In this document: positions 57,344 through 64,000 of the stretch, in pieces
Numbering within the stretch: the first letter of the stretch is position 1
How the letters are laid out: every line of letters starts with the position of its first letter
Virus record (IMG/VR): IMGVR_UViG_3300046490_000039
Location: 1-64,000 of that record
Origin: a virus
Taxonomy: Duplodnaviria > Caudoviricetes
Strand: one strand, 5' to 3'
Length of the DNA stretch: 64,000 nucleotides
Notes under the pieces: generated by a model
What the model was told of the DNA's origin: nothing
Database searches by the model: none
The model's input: the letters and a program-made list of their open reading frames with translations, nothing else
Translations under genes and position numbers: made by a program

Positions 57344-58026
57344 ATGCGTGATGGCAGTCGTAACCTCTCCCACATCCTGATCTCTCGCCGTGACGAGGAT
57401 CTGATCCCTGCGTTCACCATCGGGGACGTGGACTACCTGATCTTCCCCCGAGTCTCCGCTGAGTCGATCGTCAAGTTGACGACCGCCGAGAGCACGGTCA
57501 CCGGCATGCGTGACTACATCCTGGCCAACCTCGCCAAGGAAGATCAGCGCACGACCTTCGCCAGCCTGATGAATGACATCGACGTGGAGGGCTTGGGTCT
57601 CATCATCGAGGAGATCGTGGCCCGCACTACCCCTTTCGATTCGACGAAGCCCAACGGCTAGTCTTCGCAGCCGTCCAGTTCTGGCCCGAGATTGCGGGTG
57701 ACTACAACCGATCTTGTGGAGATCATCTCCAGTATCAGGACGCTGCAACCTTCCTCAATGTGGTCTATGCCTATTTCGTGGTCAACCCGAATGAGCTACG
57801 GTTCGATGTCCGAGATAGCTTTGAGGAGTTCGTCACCGGGATCTCCGAGATCAAGGGTGACGGCACCACCGACGACCGTCCGATCCAGGAACAGGCCCCC
57901 GCTCTCATGGACGAACTTGCCATGATGGAGGAGATGATGGGTGGCATCTCCCTTGAACCCAGTCCGCCGCTCGTGGAGATCGTGCCCGCTGAGCCTCCGC
58001 AGTACCCGTCCTTCCAGATAGACTAG
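57344..58026 (+). CDS. Tail assembly chaperone G (57344-57661) and G-T fusion via -1 frameshift
   Basis: Slippery C CCT TTC at 57631-57637; the -1 frame is open (RFDEAQRLV..FLNVVYAYF) to the stop at 58026. Confidence 0.8.
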
Positions 58027-58031
58027 ATGCC

Positions 58032-59921
58032 ATGCCCGTAGGTGCCTGGGAACTTGAGTACGGTTGCACGACGATCGCTGACCCGAACCGGGTAGCACAG
58101 TACGTTGCCAACGCACAGAATCCCAACTACTGCACGAATGGAATCAACTCCCTTGCACCGTACCCGCTCAAGTGGACTACGCTCAGGGTCAACTGTGGCT
58201 GTCCGGCTACCAACTGGTTCTCGGACACGCCCGGCGTCGACCCCACGGCACGCATCCCGTACACGTCCCCGGCGCTCGACTTTGCTCCGTGGTACACGCC
58301 CGATCACCCCGAGTCCGCCCACTTCTGGGGCTGGATGGTCGAGCGGGTAGAGGACGTTGCCACCGCACCGATCACCAGAGCGGTCACGGAGCGGGTGAGC
58401 AGCTTCGGTGGGTCGGTCCTGGGTCCGCTCAGGAAGCGTGGTAGGGCGATGCGCTTCACCCTCATCGGGTTCGGTGCCTACGAGGCCGCCATGGACTACG
58501 GCTACCGGTGGCTCTCCGACAACCTCACGACCGAGGGCGCTGCCTGCGAGCTGTGCGACATGACCTTCCGGATCGCCTGCCCAGAGCTGGGCGCACACCC
58601 AACCTACACCGAGTGGGACCAGGGCCGTTGGACCTTCAAGGATGTCGGGATTATCGACGGTCCTACGTACGAGGACCCCCCGAACCCCGACGCTCGTGGG
58701 TCTATCCGTAGGGTCTCGTTCACTATGGTGGCGTCGATCCCGTACGGGTTCAAGTGCCCAGAGTCGGTGCTACAGAATATGACATGGATACCGCAACTCT
58801 GGTCGGCAACGAGCGCCATTCCGTTCGCCCGATGGGACCTCTCTTCCCAGCCGTCCACGCTCCCTAACGAGATCGTCGGTAAGCCCGAGTGGAACCTTAC
58901 CTTCTCGCTCACCGATGTCAATAGCGGGTGCGGCGGCTTCTCTGAGGCGTGGTATGACGTGACCCCCGGCACCGTCGCCGGGGAGGACAGCTATGGAGGG
59001 ACTGACCTCTGTAACGGGAAGATGGTGTTCACAGCACAGCTCCCTGACATCTCGACTGCGCCCTACATCTGCAACTGGTCGCAGGGCGGTGATACGTCCT
59101 TCATGTTCGGTGCGTCCCTCACGGTCTGCGCCGCCAATGACTGGTCCGCCTCTCTGTTCCTGGGGAGGCTCAATGGGCTGGGGAACTACAGCTACTACGA
59201 TCTCAGTCTCGGTGGCCCGGCTCATACACTCCCCACCACGTCGATCTCCCTGGAGCTGGACATGAATTCAGGAGCGGGAGCTGTGTACTTTGACGGGGTG
59301 CTCGTCCCCGCCATTCCCGTAAACTTCTTCTCCGACATTGTAGGAACCCCTGCCCCGTGCGCTCTGCCAATCATCCCCACGACGGCGGCCGTAGCCAACC
59401 TGAACTACAGCTCCAAGCCGGGCTTCACCATGGAGCTAGCTCGCAAGGCCGATTGCCCGCCGCTCGACTGGATCTGTGATGCGAACAGCGGGCGCACGTG
59501 CGTTTCCGCAACGTCAGATTACATTACCGGCGATACTACGATGGTCATCGAGGTACACGTGGGGCCTGCCGATGTCAACAACCTCACGATCAGCGTCACC
59601 CCAGATCCGTACGGGTACGTGTGCGGGACCGCTCCGCCCCACTACGTTGCACCCGACCCGTGCTATCAGCTCGTGATCCCGCACCTCCCGGCCAACTCCA
59701 TTCTCCGCTATGACGGCACGCTCTCCAGCGTGACGATCAAGCTCCCTGGCCACGACTACGTGGACGCTTCTCCGTACCTCAACACGGACCTGGGACCGGC
59801 CACGTTCCCGTCGATCACGAGCGGGCAATTCTGTGTGTGTATCGGCTCGGAGCGCTGCTCGTGGAACAGTGACGGCTCATGGGTCAACGTGTGGCTCGTG
59901 CACCGAGAGCTTGGCATCTAG
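58032..59921 (+). CDS. Dit-like minor tail protein, long paralog with a ~210-aa insertion
   Basis: APWY....PESA.FWG motif of actinophage minor tail proteins; paralog of the next gene. Confidence 0.7.
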   Translation: MPVGAWELEYGCTTIADPNRVAQYVANAQNPNYCTNGINSLAPYPLKWTTLRVNCGCPATNWFSDTPGVDPTARIPYTSPALDFAPWYTPDHPESAHFWGWMVERVEDVATAPITRAVTERVSSFGGSVLGPLRKRGRAMRFTLIGFGAYEAAMDYGYRWLSDNLTTEGAACELCDMTFRIACPELGAHPTYTEWDQGRWTFKDVGIIDGPTYEDPPNPDARGSIRRVSFTMVASIPYGFKCPESVLQNMTWIPQLWSATSAIPFARWDLSSQPSTLPNEIVGKPEWNLTFSLTDVNSGCGGFSEAWYDVTPGTVAGEDSYGGTDLCNGKMVFTAQLPDISTAPYICNWSQGGDTSFMFGASLTVCAANDWSASLFLGRLNGLGNYSYYDLSLGGPAHTLPTTSISLELDMNSGAGAVYFDGVLVPAIPVNFFSDIVGTPAPCALPIIPTTAAVANLNYSSKPGFTMELARKADCPPLDWICDANSGRTCVSATSDYITGDTTMVIEVHVGPADVNNLTISVTPDPYGYVCGTAPPHYVAPDPCYQLVIPHLPANSILRYDGTLSSVTIKLPGHDYVDASPYLNTDLGPATFPSITSGQFCVCIGSERCSWNSDGSWVNVWLVHRELGI

Positions 59922-59954
59922 CCGCCTCGTGAGCCACCGACTAGACTGGTCACT

Positions 59955-61208
59955 ATGCCCGTAGGTGCGTGGGAACTTGAGTATGGCTGCAACGTCATTG
60001 CCGACCCCAATCGGGTGTCGCAGTACGTTTCCAACGCTCAGGACCCAAACTACTGCGTGAATGGGATCAATCTCCTGAACCCTGTCACCCCGAAATGGTC
60101 CTATCTCAATGTCGAGGCCGGGTGCGATGCCCTCCAATGGACCTTCGACGGTCCCGCTGGATCTCCGCAAGCCATCGCAGGCTACACGACCCCCGCCGTG
60201 GACAAGGCCCCGTGGTACTCTAGCCTAGTGCCCGAGTCGGCGCACTTCTGGGGGTGGATGCTGGAGAGGGTGGAGGAGGTGAGCACCCCGCCGATCTCCC
60301 GTAAGGTGGTCGATCGGGTAGCTGAGTTCGGTGGCGCATCGCTCGGCAGGCTCCGCCGTCGTGGCCGCACCATGAAGTTCACGCTGATCGGGTTTGGATC
60401 ATACGAGCTGGCGATGGACTACGGGTTCCGGTGGCTCACCGACCTGCTCACCAGCCAGGAGGCCGTGTGCGCCACCTGTGACATGACCTTCCGCACCTCG
60501 TGCCCGCCTATCTCCAACCCACCGTCCTACCAGGAGTGGGACACCGGACGTTGGACATTCAAGGACGTGGGGATCGTTGATGGTCCGCACTACGAGGACC
60601 CGCCGAACGGGGACATGGCCTGCAACATGCGCCGAGTGAGCTTCACGGTGGTCGCTCAGGTGCCGTACGCCTACAAGTGCCCCGTGCTGTGGGCTGACGC
60701 CGTGGCGTGGATTCCTACCCTCTGGGCCGATGGTGATCCGGGGTGCCCGCCGCTCGACTGGGTTTGTGCACCCACCACCTACAACACCGACTGCGTGAAC
60801 GTCACGGGGTCCGGTACCTCAGTGGGCGAGGACGCTCTCGTGATCCAGGTACAGGCTGGATTCAGGGACATTCTCAACGTCACCATCAAGGTAACTCCCA
60901 ACCCATTCAATCTCAATTGTCTCGATCCATCCCTCCGCTATCCGTGCGATACAGTCGTCATTCCGATGCTACCGGCACGGTACAGGCTAAATTACGACGG
61001 AACGAACCAGACCATCACCGTCACCAGGCCAGACGGCGTGGTGGAGGACGGCACTCCGTACATCTACTCTGGCTCGGACCCTCCGTCGTTCCCGGTGGTG
61101 CGTGGCAATAAGTTCTGTGTGTGCATCACTTCCGACCGGTGCTCGTGGAGCGGTGACGACGAGGCAGTGTGGTCGGTGTGGCTTGCCCACCGAGAGTTGG
61201 GCATCTAG
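59955..61208 (+). CDS. Dit-like minor tail protein, short paralog
   Basis: Same MPVGAWELEYGC start and HRELGI end; TAGACT-N7-ATG. Confidence 0.7.
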   Translation: MPVGAWELEYGCNVIADPNRVSQYVSNAQDPNYCVNGINLLNPVTPKWSYLNVEAGCDALQWTFDGPAGSPQAIAGYTTPAVDKAPWYSSLVPESAHFWGWMLERVEEVSTPPISRKVVDRVAEFGGASLGRLRRRGRTMKFTLIGFGSYELAMDYGFRWLTDLLTSQEAVCATCDMTFRTSCPPISNPPSYQEWDTGRWTFKDVGIVDGPHYEDPPNGDMACNMRRVSFTVVAQVPYAYKCPVLWADAVAWIPTLWADGDPGCPPLDWVCAPTTYNTDCVNVTGSGTSVGEDALVIQVQAGFRDILNVTIKVTPNPFNLNCLDPSLRYPCDTVVIPMLPARYRLNYDGTNQTITVTRPDGVVEDGTPYIYSGSDPPSFPVVRGNKFCVCITSDRCSWSGDDEAVWSVWLAHRELGI

Positions 61209-61654
61209 CGCTTGAAGGTACGGACGGCCTTCTCGGTCGCCCGGCGCATGATGTTGTACGGAATCGTCTGACCGGGGTGGCTCACAGCTTTCACGACACG
61301 CCATTGACCGTCCGTACGAGAACGGAACCGTAGGTACTTGGCCTTTCGGGCCTTGATCTCGTGCGGCCTAGAGCCGAACTCCAGAATGGCAGCGTACGGT
61401 GCCTTGTTGGCGACCACGTACTGGAATCCGCTGGCGTGGGTGTCAACCTTGACGGAGAAGCTCCGAGCATACCGGCCAGATCGAGGGGCGTCGGCGGGGT
61501 CTCTACGGCCTAGCTCGTTCTTGGCGATCTCCTCAGCGTTGGCGGCGATGTCGAGCGCTAGTCGACGTACCACGACACCGACAGGTCCACCAGGGGCACG
61601 TACGATGCGGTCGATCTCATTCGGGTAGATGACACCCCTCGTGACTCCGGCCAC
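61205..61654 (-). CDS. HK97 gp10-like neck/tail-completion protein
   Basis: RSGRY..S, YAAILEFGSRPH.I.A...KYLRF..V.HPG. Confidence 0.8.
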   Translation of the reverse strand: MAGVTRGVIYPNEIDRIVRAPGGPVGVVVRRLALDIAANAEEIAKNELGRRDPADAPRSGRYARSFSVKVDTHASGFQYVVANKAPYAAILEFGSRPHEIKARKAKYLRFRSRTDGQWRVVKAVSHPGQTIPYNIMRRATEKAVRTFKR

Positions 61655-61656
61655 GA

Positions 61657-61911
61657 TCAGCCCCCGTCGAGCGGGAGGTCGAGCTGAGTAGGCTCTTCCA
61701 CGGGGACGACCTTGGCCGTACCCCTGGACTTCGGCTGGAGGGCGTCGTACTCGGTCTGCGTCAGGAGCATCGTCCAGATCCCAGCGGAAATGAAGGCACG
61801 GGTCTTGGCGTTGTCATCAACCTCGGCCATCTGGCCAGGCTCCATACCGGCCGTCGTAATGTTGGCCCGGATCTTGACGGTCTTGCCACGGAAAGGGAGA
61901 GCGATCGGCAT
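61657..61911 (-). CDS. Small virion-module protein
   Basis: TAAGCT-N6-ATG; position. Confidence 0.6.
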   Translation of the reverse strand: MPIALPFRGKTVKIRANITTAGMEPGQMAEVDDNAKTRAFISAGIWTMLLTQTEYDALQPKSRGTAKVVPVEEPTQLDLPLDGG

Positions 61912-61915
61912 GGGA

Positions 61916-62440
61916 TCAGCTTACCCCGAGACGCACGGTTACGGTGAATTGAACCCCGCCGCAGCCGCCATCAGCGTACTCAACGGTGGGTCCGATCTGA
62001 AGAGGCGTGCACCCATCCACCTCATCAATCTGCCCATTGACCCACCGACACCAGAACCCATTGAATGTATCGTGCTGGATTGAGTACAGCTCTCGGCTGT
62101 AATCGTTGATCTGGCTCGGCTCCAACGGCTCGCCGTTCTCGTCGATGTCGATGAAACACTGGCTCACTCGGATCGTCACGTCATAGAGCCAGAGCTGAGC
62201 GCAGCTCGCACGCTGCACGCCGCCGCCGCTCGGGATCGTACCGGAGGGGTCGGGTCGAAGACCGCCACCCCAGACAGCGATCTCAGGGCAACAGTCCTGG
62301 GGAGGGTCAGCCCATCCGATGATGCGCCGCCACGAGTTGACGGGGCGGGTAGCGGACAGCGAGAGGGCGACGGCGTGCTCCACACTCTCCAGTAGATTGA
62401 ACAGTGAGTCAGACTCAGGGTAGGGGGTGCGCTCGGTCAC
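61916..62440 (-). CDS. Tail terminator-like protein
   Basis: DCC, C-terminal GGCGG...V.V; adjacent to the major tail gene. Confidence 0.65.
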   Translation of the reverse strand: MTERTPYPESDSLFNLLESVEHAVALSLSATRPVNSWRRIIGWADPPQDCCPEIAVWGGGLRPDPSGTIPSGGGVQRASCAQLWLYDVTIRVSQCFIDIDENGEPLEPSQINDYSRELYSIQHDTFNGFWCRWVNGQIDEVDGCTPLQIGPTVEYADGGCGGVQFTVTVRLGVS

Positions 62441-62521
62441 GGTACTACCATCCTAACGCAAACGACCCCGCACTGGGCGAGGTCGAGAAGCGTGCCCCTA
62501 GAGGCAGATGGGGCCTGAGGA

Positions 62522-63232
62522 TCAGGCGGTGGGGCCAGTGGGCTGAACCGGGACCGGGATGGCGGTGTAGCCGCAGGCAAGCGTGGGCGGGCCAATCATG
62601 TCGAGGAACATATGCTCCGGGCTGGAGGTGTCGAGCGTGATGCCGACCGGCACGTCGTTGAAGGGGCCGTCGTTGAAGTGAGGGTTGCTCTCACCGAAGC
62701 CATCGAGCGTGAGCGTGGCGATGGCGTTCTCAAACGTCACGGCGCTCAGGTTGAACGTGGCCTTCGGCCAGATGACACGGTGCCACTTGGCGTCGCCGTA
62801 GCCGCTCGCACCGAGGGCGGTGCAGGTGTTGTTGACGCCGACAGCCTTGGTCCAGATCTCGATCGAGCAGGGTGCCGGATCAGCAGCGCCGACGCCACGA
62901 CGGCTGTAGCCGATGATGTCGGTACCGTCCGTGATGACCGAAGCGCCGGACAGAATCTCGACGAGGGCTGGGTCACGGGTGCAAAGTTCCAGGGCGAGGT
63001 TGACACGCTTGATCTTGTCGGTGACCTTGGACGAAATGCAGACCTGACCGCAGCCGTTCTTGAGGAAGAACTCTTCACCCTGAGCGTACTCGGGGGTCGA
63101 GGCGATCTTCACAATGGCGCTGGTGGCAACTGCGTTGCTTACGCCAGCGACCGACTGGCAGGCGGAGTTGAGACGGGCGACCCGGATACCGCAGACCTGC
63201 GCTGAGCCGAAACAATTGACGGTACTGGACAT
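62522..63232 (-). CDS. Major tail (tube) protein
   Basis: IRVARL..C, GEEF..KN.CG..C, LELC..DP, EIWTK, TFENA, GPFN. Confidence 0.8.
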   Translation of the reverse strand: MSSTVNCFGSAQVCGIRVARLNSACQSVAGVSNAVATSAIVKIASTPEYAQGEEFFLKNGCGQVCISSKVTDKIKRVNLALELCTRDPALVEILSGASVITDGTDIIGYSRRGVGAADPAPCSIEIWTKAVGVNNTCTALGASGYGDAKWHRVIWPKATFNLSAVTFENAIATLTLDGFGESNPHFNDGPFNDVPVGITLDTSSPEHMFLDMIGPPTLACGYTAIPVPVQPTGPTA

Positions 63233-63310
63233 AAGGCAATCTTAGCGGCGAGGTATTCCCCCCGATGACGACACTCGGATGTCTGTGCTAAGCTCCGCCG
63301 ACTCGATCGG

Positions 63311-64000
63311 TCAGGTGTAGACCCTGTGCGCTCGGTTGCGCTGGAGGTCAGGCGACCATACGAATGAGGGGGACTGAAGCCGGGACGGATTGAGCGTCTT
63401 GATCGCCAGGTCCACCGAGTAGATACCGGTCATGTTCTTGTCGAGCAGGTCAATCGACGATGCCACAGCGACCGACAGGCCACGCCGAGAGACGTTCGTG
63501 ACACGCTCGGGCAGCTTGCAGGTCCCGGCGCATGCGTCGTTCAGAAGCTCGCAGGCGAGCGTACGGGTCGCACGCTCCAGGAGAGAGGGAACCTCGATCC
63601 CGTAGGTGACCTCCACCTCAAAGGTATAGGTGTCGGCATATGAGTCGTGGGGGCCACCAGAGGCCGCCCAGAGGTTCGTACAGGTCGGCCACGGGTCCTG
63701 AGGCCCCGAACGTACCAGGTAGTGGAATTCGTCGATGTGGAAGGCTGTGAGGTCCTGTGCGGCCCCCTCCATCCACACCTTGTCGAGCGACACGACGGGC
63801 CAGAGACCGAGGTCGATTCGGTCGACACCACAGGCGCAGAGAGGTCCGTTGCAGTTGCACGGTCGGCAAAGCCGGAGCGTGGCCTGGGTCACACCGAACT
63901 GTCGGCCGGTCCAGTAGTAGAGCAGGAGACTGGCGTCAGCGATGGCGTCGGTCAGTCGAACGTCCGCTTCCGTGAGTCCTTGCTCCTGCGCCACAGTGCA
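63311..64000 (-). CDS. Head-to-tail adaptor (5' end probably outside the window)
   Basis: AS.LL...TGRQFG, LACEL, C.LP.RV..VSR.G, TGI..VD....NP. Confidence 0.8.
   Translation of the reverse strand, partial: CTVAQEQGLTEADVRLTDAIADASLLLYYWTGRQFGVTQATLRLCRPCNCNGPLCACGVDRIDLGLWPVVSLDKVWMEGAAQDLTAFHIDEFHYLVRSGPQDPWPTCTNLWAASGGPHDSYADTYTFEVEVTYGIEVPSLLERATRTLACELLNDACAGTCKLPERVTNVSRRGLSVAVASSIDLLDKNMTGIYSVDLAIKTLNPSRLQSPSFVWSPDLQRNRAHRVYT

Noticed and set aside
57286-61208. Invertase-switched tail cassette driven by the serine recombinase
   Set aside because: No inverted repeats at the boundaries; the right junction is an overlapping stop codon with no room for a site.

Overview
GC-rich, gene-dense fragment of a large tailed dsDNA phage (siphovirus-type, most likely infecting an actinobacterium). 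No host housekeeping genes, tRNA, rRNA or CRISPR array were seen. Layout: (1) 1-10.5 kb, minus strand: serine resolvase, two glycosyltransferases, a Tad1-like anti-defence protein, and a cluster of four genes carrying five copies of a conserved Cys/Pro/Gly peptide tag ([VT][FA]AC[HY]xx[AS]C[RA]PPxx(G)GxGGS), each fused to a different domain (unknown, RelA/SpoT-like, ParB/Srx-like, GNAT-like, papain-like). (2) 10.6-16.2 kb: small-terminase-like genes, nuclease, Prim-Pol, D5-like helicase and a probable origin with a (GT)10 tract. (3) 16.3-50 kb, mostly plus strand: many small genes, endolysin (minus), a glycosyl/methyltransferase operon, SprT, ClpP-like, MazG-like, PP2C, rIIA/rIIB, PolA and recombination genes. 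(4) 50-64 kb: tail module with an inverted block containing a -1 frameshifting chaperone and duplicated Dit-like genes. Three intergenic structured ncRNA candidates were found, plus a seven-copy promoter family (TTGACA-N17-CATAAT-GAAGTT) and widespread leaderless starts. The best candidates for new biology are the tagged effector/polyprotein cluster (3.65-7.34 kb) and the ~300-nt stalked ncRNA at 36.6-36.9 kb. All protein calls come from motif recognition by eye, with no database searches.
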